Of a DNA stretch of 64,000 nucleotides, positions 20,327-30,033 are shown in pieces. Numbering within the stretch: the stretch's first letter is position 1; every line of letters begins with the position of its first letter. A program made the position numbers and the translations under genes. Below the pieces are notes generated by a model. That model saw only the letters and a program-made list of their open reading frames with translations. It had not been told where the DNA came from and made no database searches. This DNA comes from an uncultured Gammaproteobacteria bacterium (GTDB taxonomy: Bacteria > Patescibacteriota > Microgenomatia > UBA10105 > UBA927), in NCBI GenBank assembly GCA_964573695.1, contig CAZNKB010000004.1, positions 14,214 through 78,213 on the forward strand. The letters are read 5' to 3'.

Positions 20327-21148
20327 ATGAAAATCGAACTCAAGTCATCCCGAAAGCCATTTATTACCAAAATAGACATTGTTATCTTGTTGTGCATCAT
20401 TGCTCTCCTGGCATCCGTCGGAGTTGCGGTAAAGCTTGTGCTTCAAAAAGACACATTTGTCACTGTTGAGTTATTGGCATCCGGCGGCGAATGGTGGTGG
20501 GGCGTTCCCCCTCCATATTACTGGAACGCAAAAAGCGTCGTGATCGGAGCGAAGGAGTACGATACATTCAAAAAACCAACCGCCGAAATAGTTGACTTGG
20601 TGAAATACGGTGAGGACGATCGGAAGTTTATGTGGATGAGGGTCCGTTTGCGCGCGAAATATAATTATCTTACAAAAGAGTACATTTTCCGTCAGGAGTC
20701 CCTGCAGATAGGTAAAACGATTCACATTGCCCCCAACAATGTCGCGCTGGTTGGGAACGTTGTTGGGATAGAGGGGGTGGGCACCCTGTGGGACACAGAA
20801 TATTTACAAATCACGGGCAAGGCGATACACATAAAAGATTGGGAGGCGGAAGCGATACAAATCGGAGTAAAAGCGGTCGATAGCAAGGGTGATGTTGTGG
20901 CGGAAATACTTGATAAATATACGGAACAAGAAGATATTACGACAACAACATGGACGGGAGAGCCTCTTCACAAAAAAGATCCGAATTTCAAAAATGTGAC
21001 GGTCACAATGAGAATCCGCGCGGTAAAAGACGGCACCATGCGTTATTTTAACTACAACCAGCCGATTTCAATAGGAAACAAAATACGCATACAATTTCCT
21101 ACGACCGCCGTAGAAGTGAATATTATGAGCGCTAGACCCGCACAATAG
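20327..21148 (+). CDS. Membrane-anchored protein with two DUF4330-like beta domains
   Basis: N-terminal TM helix; repeated 'AEI.D....V.(L/M)R.RA....Y.F..Q.(L/I).IG..I.I' units. Start at ATG 20327, 7 nt after TACACT. Confidence 0.55.
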   Translation: MKIELKSSRKPFITKIDIVILLCIIALLASVGVAVKLVLQKDTFVTVELLASGGEWWWGVPPPYYWNAKSVVIGAKEYDTFKKPTAEIVDLVKYGEDDRKFMWMRVRLRAKYNYLTKEYIFRQESLQIGKTIHIAPNNVALVGNVVGIEGVGTLWDTEYLQITGKAIHIKDWEAEAIQIGVKAVDSKGDVVAEILDKYTEQEDITTTTWTGEPLHKKDPNFKNVTVTMRIRAVKDGTMRYFNYNQPISIGNKIRIQFPTTAVEVNIMSARPAQ

Positions 21149-21932
21149 GCTTCTTTTGCGCAACAAAATAAACACTCCACGATGTCAGGCCGGCTTTCCG
21201 AAGTGGAACACCAAGCTCACCCCATGAAATAATCTGTAGCCCCACCCGAGACGCAAAAGCAGCTATTTCGGGAAAAAAATAATATCGAAGAACGTGATCC
21301 TCGCTCACCCGACGGACAGGTCCGTTCTTAGGCTGAATAGTTAGCGAGTGGTGCACGTGAACGGTGTTAGTCAGGCGAGTAAGCGAGGGGGTTTTTTTCC
21401 TGGTAATAGAAAATTCGGGAGTATTATATGATTGCGTCATATTTTTCGGTTTAGAAGAAAGGACCCCCGGGCCATGCCAGCAGTCGAAAATAAAGACTCC
21501 TCCCGGCCTGAGTTGTTTGGCAGCGGTTTTGAAAAAACGTGTCGCGTCGCGATCCGTTGTCATGTAGCTTAGTACGTCAAAAAGCGACACAACGCTATCA
21601 AACTGACCGGTTTTGTTATACGTGAGGATGTCAGAAACCACATAGGAGATCGCCGCCTTTGCCTTGTCTGCCTTTGTTCTGGCGATGTGTATCATGTTTG
21701 CCGATTTGTCGACGCCAGTTACCTCGTATCCAAGGCGTGCAAAGGCAAGAGCGTATGACCCTGTTCCGCAACCAAGATCAAGAAGTGTCGGGTGTTGGAT
21801 ATCGGGAAGAAGTTTTTGGAGCAATTTTGCCATGAGAAAAGTATTTTTCTTTATGTTACGGGAAGCGTATATTGCGTCATAGTATGGCGCTGTTTTCGTA
21901 AACACATTTTTGTTGGTATTTTGATGTTTCAT
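21132..21932 (-). CDS. Class I SAM-dependent methyltransferase
   Basis: LLDLGCGTGSYA, VTGVDKS, FDSVVSLFDVLSY, LRPGGVFIFD. Confidence 0.88.
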   Translation of the reverse strand: MKHQNTNKNVFTKTAPYYDAIYASRNIKKNTFLMAKLLQKLLPDIQHPTLLDLGCGTGSYALAFARLGYEVTGVDKSANMIHIARTKADKAKAAISYVVSDILTYNKTGQFDSVVSLFDVLSYMTTDRDATRFFKTAAKQLRPGGVFIFDCWHGPGVLSSKPKNMTQSYNTPEFSITRKKTPSLTRLTNTVHVHHSLTIQPKNGPVRRVSEDHVLRYYFFPEIAAFASRVGLQIISWGELGVPLRKAGLTSWSVYFVAQKKPIVRV

Positions 21933-23107
21933 GTTTCAAGCGAGGAGATTGTCCGCACGAGGATTGAAGCGGTTGTGGTCCAGTCAAAGCGGGATTTTAT
22001 ATATTGCCTGGCTGCCAGCCTCATTTTTTGACTGGTAGCCGGCGGCAATCGGAAAGCAGAAGATAGCACATCGCCCGCCTGCGTATGGTTATGGGGATCA
22101 ATATAAAATCCGGTTTTCCCATGAAGTATTTCGCGGTCGTCTCCTCTGCTTCGTATTACCGGGGTGCCGCAGGACTGCGCTTCTAAGACCGAAAGACTTG
22201 CTGTAGATCCCCCTGCGCATTCGGGTGAGCCGGTATAAACAAAAAAATCGAGAGACCGATAGAATTTCGGCAAGTCCTGCTCCTTGATGTTCCCAATAAA
22301 CTTTACAAGTTTATCTATTCCGGCGCGCTTCATAAAACGCAGGTATTTTATTTTTACGTCTCGATCAGGGATGCTTTCTGATATTTTTGCTCGCACCGGT
22401 AAGCCCCGGGAATGGAGATCGGCTACGATGCCGAGAAAATCTTCGGTGCCCTTAAATATCGTGTAGTCCGTGCTGTGTCCCAAGAGAAACCTGCGGGTTT
22501 TTAAGCGATGAGACGGCGCGTACGAAAAAGCCGCACAGTCGACGCCGTTAGGAAGATACACGTCAGGCTTTCTTCCGTAGGTATCCATAATATATTGTTC
22601 GACGGACGGGCCAAGAGACGTAAGAATAGCAGAAGCGTTATATGCCCATTTGTCTAAGTGGGCATAGAAAAATTTTGCTACTGCGACACAAAATCGGGAA
22701 AACGGCGTTAAAGAAGATATTCTAATTGGGTCGTAAAAAATAGCGAGCGGCTCAAAACAATGACAAATCGCTTTGGAAGAAATAATGACAGACAAAAAAT
22801 TCATCGGGAAATTTGTTGCAAACAAAACATCACCCTGTTTTACCGTTTTTTTAAGTTGAAAGAAATTTACCATGAGCGTAAGCGGGAGAAGCAGCCAGAA
22901 TAATTTTGGCGGCGTCCATAAGAGCCTCACCTGCACACGCACGTCGTTGTAGCGCCTGCGCCAATACGGACTAATACGGTGAAGGTATAATGTAACATCA
23001 TGAGACTCTCTAACCCGCTTGAGCAGTTCAAAAAGGTATTTCTCCCCTCCTCTGGAATATATGCTTTCCGTGTGTAACACATGAAGGCGTCGCTTTGTCG
23101 AAATCAT
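21929..23107 (-). CDS. GT4-family glycosyltransferase
   Basis: GGEKY, LPNGVD, KG, VLEAQSCGTPVI, GKTGF. Start set to the ATGA overlap with the permease stop. Confidence 0.85.
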   Translation of the reverse strand: MISTKRRLHVLHTESIYSRGGEKYLFELLKRVRESHDVTLYLHRISPYWRRRYNDVRVQVRLLWTPPKLFWLLLPLTLMVNFFQLKKTVKQGDVLFATNFPMNFLSVIISSKAICHCFEPLAIFYDPIRISSLTPFSRFCVAVAKFFYAHLDKWAYNASAILTSLGPSVEQYIMDTYGRKPDVYLPNGVDCAAFSYAPSHRLKTRRFLLGHSTDYTIFKGTEDFLGIVADLHSRGLPVRAKISESIPDRDVKIKYLRFMKRAGIDKLVKFIGNIKEQDLPKFYRSLDFFVYTGSPECAGGSTASLSVLEAQSCGTPVIRSRGDDREILHGKTGFYIDPHNHTQAGDVLSSAFRLPPATSQKMRLAARQYIKSRFDWTTTASILVRTISSLET

Positions 23108-23886
23108 ATTTTTGTAAAAGTCCCGAAACGTTTCGCGACGCGAAACGCCAGGGAAACGGATATCGCTCCGGCGATTGTGTATCCTGCAATAAGCCACACC
23201 GCTTTATCGAGAGACAGATATTGCGCGGGGTATGATCGTATGGATTCGAATACATACGATGAGGGTACAGCATATGATATGTGCTGTAGCACCGGCGGCA
23301 GCGCCGTGCGTTCATAGAACACCAGCGAAAAAATTTGTAGAACAGTGCTCAATAACCAACCTATAAATCCTACCCGTTCTCCGAACAAGCAAATTGCCGC
23401 AATAGCATATAACGATAGCGAGATGCCAACCAATTCAAGCAGGATAATCCAGAGGAATACCTGCGGACCGAACGTGAGCACAAACGACGGATAAATAAGT
23501 ACTAGGATGAGGCCAAGCACCGTTAGAGAGATTATTATTTTTGTCAGCGAAGCGGCGGTAATTCCAGTAATGAGCTCCGTAAGACTTATCGGGGTTATGA
23601 GAAGGCTTTGAATATTTTTTGAAGCGAAGTCATCAATAAATTGGGCGGTCGTTTCCTGAATAATGCGGGCGGTGCAATTCCAGTAAACGATTCCAGTAAG
23701 AATGTTTAGGGTGATGGTCGCCCCCACTTGCGATTGATCAAGCTGCGAGGAGGCAAGAATGGCAAACAAGACGACTTCTATTCCCGGCCAGATCAGTATT
23801 TCAATGATTCGGGCGGGATTTCTCCTCATTGAATAGAGATAGTGCAGGTATAGCCCCAATAGTCTTTTGGGTGAAAAGTTAAACAT
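23104..23886 (-). CDS. ABC-2 type exporter permease
   Basis: Six TM segments, 'QSLLITPIS', 'LPPVLQHISYAVPSSYVFESIR'; adjacent ATPase. Confidence 0.8.
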   Translation of the reverse strand: MFNFSPKRLLGLYLHYLYSMRRNPARIIEILIWPGIEVVLFAILASSQLDQSQVGATITLNILTGIVYWNCTARIIQETTAQFIDDFASKNIQSLLITPISLTELITGITAASLTKIIISLTVLGLILVLIYPSFVLTFGPQVFLWIILLELVGISLSLYAIAAICLFGERVGFIGWLLSTVLQIFSLVFYERTALPPVLQHISYAVPSSYVFESIRSYPAQYLSLDKAVWLIAGYTIAGAISVSLAFRVAKRFGTFTKI

Positions 23887-24559
23887 AATATTGTCTCGCC
23901 TGAGAAGACACAAGCGGTTTTCCGTCGTAAACCAGTGAACCTTTCGACAGTATGATCATGCGCGTGCAAAACGACCGTATCTCATCGGGGTTTTGCGATA
24001 CGAGCATGGTTATTTTTGAGTGGGTATTTCTGTTTTTGAGATAGTCGTGTGTTTTGTGGGTAAGTATGGGATCCATGTGGGCGGTTATTTCATCGAGCAA
24101 CAATATTTTAGGATTGTTTATGAGGGATTTTGCCAGATTTACAAAAGAATTTTCTCCGGATGAAAGCCGGTAGACTTTTTTGTGAAAGAGCGATTCTTGC
24201 ATGCTGAAATGTTTCCAAAGTGAGATCAGGTACTTCCTTGTGTCCGCTCTATTGTATAGCAACCCATAAGTGGTGAGGTTTTCCATAACGGTAGCGTACC
24301 CGCTTAGCCGCTGGCTGGAAGATGCATAGTTGAGGAGTTGCAGAACTTGTTGGCGGTGCTGAGTCAGTGATAGGCCCGTGATCGAAACGAAGCCCTTGTC
24401 AGGATCCATGAGGCCACTCATGATGTGAAGCAGCGTTGATTTCCCTGCGCCGACTGATCCGGCTATTCCAACAATCTCGCCCGGACGCACGGAAAGTGAT
24501 ACATTTGATAAAATGAGTTTTCTGCCCAGTGTTTTTGCTACAGATGTAAGTTCAATCAT
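23879..24559 (-). CDS. ABC transporter ATP-binding protein
   Basis: GSVGAGKST, LSSGE, ILLLDEITAHMDP; the H-loop appears to read VSQ. Confidence 0.88.
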   Translation of the reverse strand: MIELTSVAKTLGRKLILSNVSLSVRPGEIVGIAGSVGAGKSTLLHIMSGLMDPDKGFVSITGLSLTQHRQQVLQLLNYASSSQRLSGYATVMENLTTYGLLYNRADTRKYLISLWKHFSMQESLFHKKVYRLSSGENSFVNLAKSLINNPKILLLDEITAHMDPILTHKTHDYLKNRNTHSKITMLVSQNPDEIRSFCTRMIILSKGSLVYDGKPLVSSQARQYYV

Positions 24560-24641
24560 GAAACGAAAATATGCGGATTTTTTTCATGGCCTAGCCCGTA
24601 TCACGGATAGATTATATCTGAGGGCGTATTATCCGACAATA

Positions 24642-25934
24642 ATGTATGGAGCCACATTCGCACTGACGGCGCTTTCGGTGCTTTTTGTCTTTTCGCTCCC
24701 TGCGCCTCTTCGACCGAAAACCAGCATCGGGCTCATGACGCTTATTTCAGCTACTGCGTTTGGGCTCATGATGTACATAAGGGGGCGCCGTTTGACATGG
24801 TTGCATCCAAAGATGTGGGAGCCGATTTATTATGCGGTGTTTAGTTATGTCACGGCAGTGTTGTTGTCTTTGGTGTTTACGAAAACTATTCAGGACACGA
24901 CGCCGCTTAAGCTGCTCTTGTCAGGAGTGGCACTTTTTTTGATCGCAGGAGAGCTTAAACCTACCGAACAGATGAAACGAACCGGCATACACGTCCTGGG
25001 ATTTGTGGCGGTTGGTATCGCCACGCTTGGATTGTTGCAAACGATATTTCCCGATTTCATGAATATGATTGCAAAAGGTTTTTTACAAGGAAGAAACGCT
25101 TACGGTATCGCAATTGAGTTCAATAGGGGTCGATTGCTTCATTGGGGAGCCCTTGTTTTCGTTTTTCCATTTTTTTATGCATCAGCGCTTCTTGTGTCGT
25201 GGAAAAAAGAGTTTTGGACAACAATCTATGTTGTATATGGATACGCAATCACTTTTATGGTTATGGCGGTGTCGAATTTTCGCTGGTTATTTGTTGTGTT
25301 TTTGGTGGTTTCAGTGGGATTCGGTTTATATGCAAAGCGAGCGAAACTCATATCGGGAAAAAAATTGTATTATATCGGGCTTGCGATCGCGCTTACGTTT
25401 GTAGCGGGAATGATCCTGGCGAACGCCGTATTCGGGTACAATCTTTTGGACCGATTCTTACTGAAGGACGCACACCGGGATGTTACAGAATCATTAGGGA
25501 GGGTTACTCTCTATAATCAGGCGCTTACCGTTTTTCAGGCGTACCCGGTTTTCGGCGCCGGGTATGGTAATTATTTTTCTGTGGTGTGGCCATTTCCTCA
25601 TATGCAGTATTTTTCCATTTTTGATCAATTCGAACCGTTCCCTGTGCCCATTGCCGCGCACAATGAGTTCTATACTGTGCTCGCTGAAACCGGTATTGTC
25701 GGATTTATCAGCTATTTATTGCTGGTGTATTTTATTGGTAAGCGCTTGTTTTTGCTCGTCTCAAACGTTTATTTAGGCCGGACGGATAAAGTTTTTGTCT
25801 TGGCGCTTGCATCCTCATATGTTGCCATTTGTCTCTATATACTGTTTGAAAATATGTACCCCCAAAACATTGCATACCTGTTGTTCGTGGGAATAGTTGC
25901 TCACCGGTGGATTACTCCGGATACAACGTCATGA
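24642..25934 (+). CDS. O-antigen ligase/polymerase-family membrane protein
   Basis: Many TM helices, 'GRVTLYNQALTVFQAYPVFGAGYGNY', AHNEFYTVLAETGIVG. Start uncertain (24558 or 24642). Confidence 0.8.
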   Translation: MYGATFALTALSVLFVFSLPAPLRPKTSIGLMTLISATAFGLMMYIRGRRLTWLHPKMWEPIYYAVFSYVTAVLLSLVFTKTIQDTTPLKLLLSGVALFLIAGELKPTEQMKRTGIHVLGFVAVGIATLGLLQTIFPDFMNMIAKGFLQGRNAYGIAIEFNRGRLLHWGALVFVFPFFYASALLVSWKKEFWTTIYVVYGYAITFMVMAVSNFRWLFVVFLVVSVGFGLYAKRAKLISGKKLYYIGLAIALTFVAGMILANAVFGYNLLDRFLLKDAHRDVTESLGRVTLYNQALTVFQAYPVFGAGYGNYFSVVWPFPHMQYFSIFDQFEPFPVPIAAHNEFYTVLAETGIVGFISYLLLVYFIGKRLFLLVSNVYLGRTDKVFVLALASSYVAICLYILFENMYPQNIAYLLFVGIVAHRWITPDTTS

Positions 25935-26917
25935 AACACATGGACAAAACCACGGTGACCGTTCAAATCGTAACCCACAATAATTCCAGCACAATTGGAG
26001 ATTGTATCCGATCGGTGCTGAAGCAGAGGTACAAAAATATATCATTTGTTGTGATAGACAATGCGTCCACTGACGGGACACAACAAATACTCCGCCGTTT
26101 TAGAGTTCAGACGATACTATTGACTCGAAATATCGGATACGCCGCGGCACACAATATAGCGTTGCGGCGTTTCACAGGAGAATATGTACTTACGCTAAAT
26201 CCCGATATTGTCATAGATAGGGATTTTGTTGGCGGGTTGGTACACGCGCTTGAACATGCGCCCTCAGACGTCGGGTCGGCGCAAGCGTTATTATATCGGG
26301 TGGAAAAATTGACAGCACGTTCTCAGACGATAGACAGCGCAGGTATATATATGAATGTGTTTCGTCGCCAGAATCTTCGTTTTGGGGGGACAAATAAAAA
26401 AACGCATATTTTTTTGAAGGAATATATTTTTGGTCCGGACGGGGCAGCCGCGTTTTATCGTCGCGCGATGCTTGTGGATATAGACCTCGGTAACGGCATA
26501 TTTGATGAAGATTATTTCATGCACAAAGAAGATGTTGATGTGAGTTGGCGCGCTCAGCTTCGCGGTTGGAGATCTCTATTTGTGCCTGAGGCGGTCGGAT
26601 ATCATATCCGGACATTCCGTCCCGGACAGCGGATTCATGTTTCTGCGGGGCTTCGGGCACACGCGTTACGGAATAGATATTACCTCATCACAAAAAACGA
26701 TTTGGCGTTATTATGGGTGCGAGACGCATTATGGATTAGTCTTTATGATGTGGGCATTTTTTTCTACACGATGCTTCGTGAGCGTGAGTCTCTGAAGGCA
26801 TATCGGGAAGTGTTGGGGGGTTTTGGGCGTTTACTTCGGAAGCGCAAACGCATACAAGCATCCCGTAAGGCGAGTACAAGATATATGTCTCAATGGTTTC
26901 GTTGGAGGCATATATGA
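25931..26917 (+). CDS. GT2-family glycosyltransferase
   Basis: VIDNASTDGT, NIGYAAAHN, LNPD, FDEDYFMHKEDVDVSWRAQLRGW. Confidence 0.9.
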   Translation: MKHMDKTTVTVQIVTHNNSSTIGDCIRSVLKQRYKNISFVVIDNASTDGTQQILRRFRVQTILLTRNIGYAAAHNIALRRFTGEYVLTLNPDIVIDRDFVGGLVHALEHAPSDVGSAQALLYRVEKLTARSQTIDSAGIYMNVFRRQNLRFGGTNKKTHIFLKEYIFGPDGAAAFYRRAMLVDIDLGNGIFDEDYFMHKEDVDVSWRAQLRGWRSLFVPEAVGYHIRTFRPGQRIHVSAGLRAHALRNRYYLITKNDLALLWVRDALWISLYDVGIFFYTMLRERESLKAYREVLGGFGRLLRKRKRIQASRKASTRYMSQWFRWRHI

Positions 26918-27924
26918 CTCACAAAAAGTCAGTAGTTTATGTAGGGATTGTAACGTATAACAGCGCCCCACTGATCAGGCGCTGCCTAGAGGCCATATTG
27001 AAACAGCGACATGTCGATGTCCGTGTTACCGTACTTGATAATGATTCTCGGGATCATGTTGCCCGCGTCATACGAAAATATAAGCAGAGCGTCACATTCA
27101 TTCAAAGTTCCGTAAATGTAGGATTTGGCGGAGGACATAACGCCATTCTCAATTCTTTGCATCTTCGCAACACCGATTACTATATGGCGCTTAATCCAGA
27201 CGCAAGGCTTGAGCCGGATTGTCTCGCGCGGCTCGTTGCTGCATCCAAAAGGCGCCGCGCTTCGTGGGTGACCGGAAAGCTATATAGGGATTCAGCGCAT
27301 AAAGTATTGTACAGTGTCGGACACGCCCTGCTTCGGGATGGCTACGCATTCAATATAGGATTCGGAATGACTGACCACGGTCAATACGATACACCCAGAG
27401 AAGTGTTTGGTGCTCCCGGAGCTGCCGCACTTTATCAAGGTTCCATGATACACACACTTTCGGTCCGGGGGAATTTTTTTGATCCGTCACTGTTTATGTA
27501 TTACGAGGATGTCGATATAGACTGGCGTGCTCGCGTACGCGGGCTTCGTTGCTGGTATGAGCCTTCGGCAATCGTGGTGCATCCAGGAGGAAAGTTCCCC
27601 CGCACTCTAGAGGCCGAGGTACTTGCCAATCGTTTTCTGTCCGTTTGCAAAAATGCCCTGCCGAGAGATTTGTTTTTTTACAACCTGCCTGGCATCTGCA
27701 TTCATATAGCAATGCGCCTTGCCGTTACTCCCCGTGTTGGGATCCGAGTCCTCAAAAAATGTCTTAAAGAGGCCTTCCATGTCCTCGGCGCCCGGACAAA
27801 CACCCCGGTTTCCCGTGTAGTTATGCATGGTTGGTTTTTGTGGTCATCCAAAGAATTATCCCGCCAGCCCACTTCACTGACTGATCGCGTGAATGCGTTT
27901 GCGCGCCGTCTATTGCACGCATAA
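26914..27924 (+). CDS. GT2-family glycosyltransferase
   Basis: LDNDSRD, NVGFGGGHN, LNPD, FMYYEDVDIDWRAR. Confidence 0.9.
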   Translation: MTHKKSVVYVGIVTYNSAPLIRRCLEAILKQRHVDVRVTVLDNDSRDHVARVIRKYKQSVTFIQSSVNVGFGGGHNAILNSLHLRNTDYYMALNPDARLEPDCLARLVAASKRRRASWVTGKLYRDSAHKVLYSVGHALLRDGYAFNIGFGMTDHGQYDTPREVFGAPGAAALYQGSMIHTLSVRGNFFDPSLFMYYEDVDIDWRARVRGLRCWYEPSAIVVHPGGKFPRTLEAEVLANRFLSVCKNALPRDLFFYNLPGICIHIAMRLAVTPRVGIRVLKKCLKEAFHVLGARTNTPVSRVVMHGWFLWSSKELSRQPTSLTDRVNAFARRLLHA

Positions 27925-27949
27925 GGGACATCCGATACTATACTTTTGT

Positions 27950-28102
27950 ATGTTTTCCTCGATAAAGCAACTCGGGACACTTATCACAAAATCAAAAAAA
28001 ATCTGGATTATTCCTATAATTCTTTTTGTTGTTATTGTGGCGCTCCTTATTATCAGCGCTCAGATTTCCCCCCTGCCGGTATTTTTGTACCCCATTTTAT
28101 GA
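27950..28102 (+). CDS. DUF5989/SxtK-like small membrane protein
   Basis: MFSSIKQLGTLITKSKKIWIIPIILFVVIVALLIISAQISPLPVFLYPIL matches the 'KK.W..P......L...Q.S...PF.Y..F' pattern; next to a carbamoyltransferase. Confidence 0.75.
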   Translation: MFSSIKQLGTLITKSKKIWIIPIILFVVIVALLIISAQISPLPVFLYPIL

Positions 28103-28287
28103 TCGCGTTTTTTAAACGGCTCAATGCCTGGTTTATTTCTGTTGTGCTTACGGTTGTCTATTTTATCGGTGTTGGCATTGCAAGACTTCTGTATGTCGTC
28201 GGAGCTCCCAAAGAGACCACAAAGGATTCGTATTGGACACCGGCCGATAAGACACGAACCTCTGATGAATTATTAACGCCGTACTAA
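28099..28287 (+). CDS. SxtJ-like small membrane protein
   Basis: 'LNAWFISVVLTVVYFIGVGIARLL...KDSYW...LLTPY'; ATGA-coupled to the DUF5989-like gene. Confidence 0.65.
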   Translation: MIAFFKRLNAWFISVVLTVVYFIGVGIARLLYVVGAPKETTKDSYWTPADKTRTSDELLTPY

Positions 28288-28289
28288 CG

Positions 28290-29978
28290 ATGAAAATTCT
28301 TGGCATATCAGCTTTTTATCATGACAGCGCCGCTGTTTTGTATGTTGACGGAACACTGGTTTCGGCAATAGAGGAAGAGCGGTTTAGCAGAGTAAAGCAC
28401 GATAACGCGTTTCCGTTTAAGGCAATTCAATACTGCTTAAATTCAGTTGGTCTGACGATAGATGATATAGACGCGGTGGCATATTATGAGAAGCCGCTTC
28501 TTAAATTTGAGCGGTTGCTGGAAACATTTGTGGTGACTTACCCGTTTGCGCTCAAGCCGTTTTTGCAGGCCATCCCCGATTGGCTTGGCCAAAAAATAAA
28601 CGTTGAAGACATTATCAAAAACAAAGTCGGTTTTCACAAAAAGATTTATTATGTTCCTCATCATGTAAGTCACGCTGCTGCTGCATATTATTCCTCCCCG
28701 TATAGTTCAGCGGCCATTCTTACCATTGATGGTGTTGGTGAATACCAAACGACAGCGTTATGGAAGGGGGAAAAAGGAAAACTGACCCTTCTCGGGAGTA
28801 TTGATTTTCCACACTCGGCAGGACTTCTCTACTCTACGTTCACCGCGTATTTGGGTTTCAAGGTAAACGAAGATGAATATAAGGTTATGGGATTATCGGC
28901 ATACGGGTCACCGACGTATAAAGAGGATATATATCATCTTATCGACGTCAAGCCGGACGGTAGCTTCCGACTCAACATGGAGTATTTTTCTTACCGCGAA
29001 ACATTCAGGATGTTCAATAATAGATTTATTTCGCTTTTTGGGCCTCCCCGCAAGCCAGGAGAAAAAGTAGAAAAAAGGCATCGCGATATCGCGGCAAGCA
29101 TTCAGGCCGTCATGGAAGAACTCTTGTTTGCAATGCTTACCCACCTTCATGCTCTTACTAAATCCTCACATCTTTGCATGGGTGGCGGGGTAGCGCTCAA
29201 TGCTTTGGCAAACGGAAAGATATATACCAAAACACCATTTAAAAAAGTGCATATATTAGGTGCCGCCGGTGACAGCGGGGCCGCCATTGGGGCGGCGCTG
29301 TATGTCCAGCGGCAGATAGACAAAGGCGGCGGGCAGCAGCAAATTAAAGGACTGTATTTGGGATCGGCATACAGCAACGAGAGTATTGAGGCGGTATTGC
29401 TTTGTTATCCCAAATTAACGTACAGGAAATTTAGTGATGAAAGTGAGCTGCTACGATCCGTTGCAGCGCTGTTGTCCAAGGGAAAAACAGTTGGTTGGTT
29501 TTGGGGGCGTACGGAGTATGGCCCAAGGGCATTGGGTGCGCGCTCGATTCTATCCCGCCCCAGTCCGCGAAGCATGAAGGATGTCATGAATAAAATAAAA
29601 CGGCGGGAAGAGTTTCGTCCGTTTGCCGGATCAATCCTTCAGGATCATGTGCACGAATATTTTCATACTCCGGAAAAAAAGTATTACTCCCCCTTTATGA
29701 ACGTCTGTCTGGTGGTAAGGGAGAAGAAGCGCAAAGAATTGGCTGCGATTGTGCATGCGGATAACACATGCAGAATCCAAACAGTCAGCCCTGATAACGG
29801 CAGATACTACCGATTGATCAAAGAATTCTACAGGCAAACCGGCACACCGTGCGTTCTCAACACGAGCTTTAACGTCATGGGTGAACCGATTGTGGAGCAT
29901 CCGCGGCAGGCAATTGAGGATTTTCTCAATTCAAAAATGGACGCTCTTGTTATCGGTGATTTATTCATTCATAAATAG
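28290..29978 (+). CDS. NodU/CmcH-family O-carbamoyltransferase
   Basis: ILGISAFYHDSAA, EEERFSRVKH, HHVSHAA, DGVGE, EYKVMGL, GGVALN, EYGPRALGARS, KRREEFRPFA, LNTSFN. Confidence 0.93.
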   Translation: MKILGISAFYHDSAAVLYVDGTLVSAIEEERFSRVKHDNAFPFKAIQYCLNSVGLTIDDIDAVAYYEKPLLKFERLLETFVVTYPFALKPFLQAIPDWLGQKINVEDIIKNKVGFHKKIYYVPHHVSHAAAAYYSSPYSSAAILTIDGVGEYQTTALWKGEKGKLTLLGSIDFPHSAGLLYSTFTAYLGFKVNEDEYKVMGLSAYGSPTYKEDIYHLIDVKPDGSFRLNMEYFSYRETFRMFNNRFISLFGPPRKPGEKVEKRHRDIAASIQAVMEELLFAMLTHLHALTKSSHLCMGGGVALNALANGKIYTKTPFKKVHILGAAGDSGAAIGAALYVQRQIDKGGGQQQIKGLYLGSAYSNESIEAVLLCYPKLTYRKFSDESELLRSVAALLSKGKTVGWFWGRTEYGPRALGARSILSRPSPRSMKDVMNKIKRREEFRPFAGSILQDHVHEYFHTPEKKYYSPFMNVCLVVREKKRKELAAIVHADNTCRIQTVSPDNGRYYRLIKEFYRQTGTPCVLNTSFNVMGEPIVEHPRQAIEDFLNSKMDALVIGDLFIHK

Positions 29979-30033
29979 TGGTATAGGGATAATAGAGATG
30001 AAGAGAAGCAGTGCTTCTAATAATCGCTAGCAT

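Noticed and set aside
27950-29978. Saxitoxin biosynthesis
   Set aside because: Only the sxtI/J/K-like trio is present; there is no sxtA or amidinotransferase, and the context is glycan synthesis.
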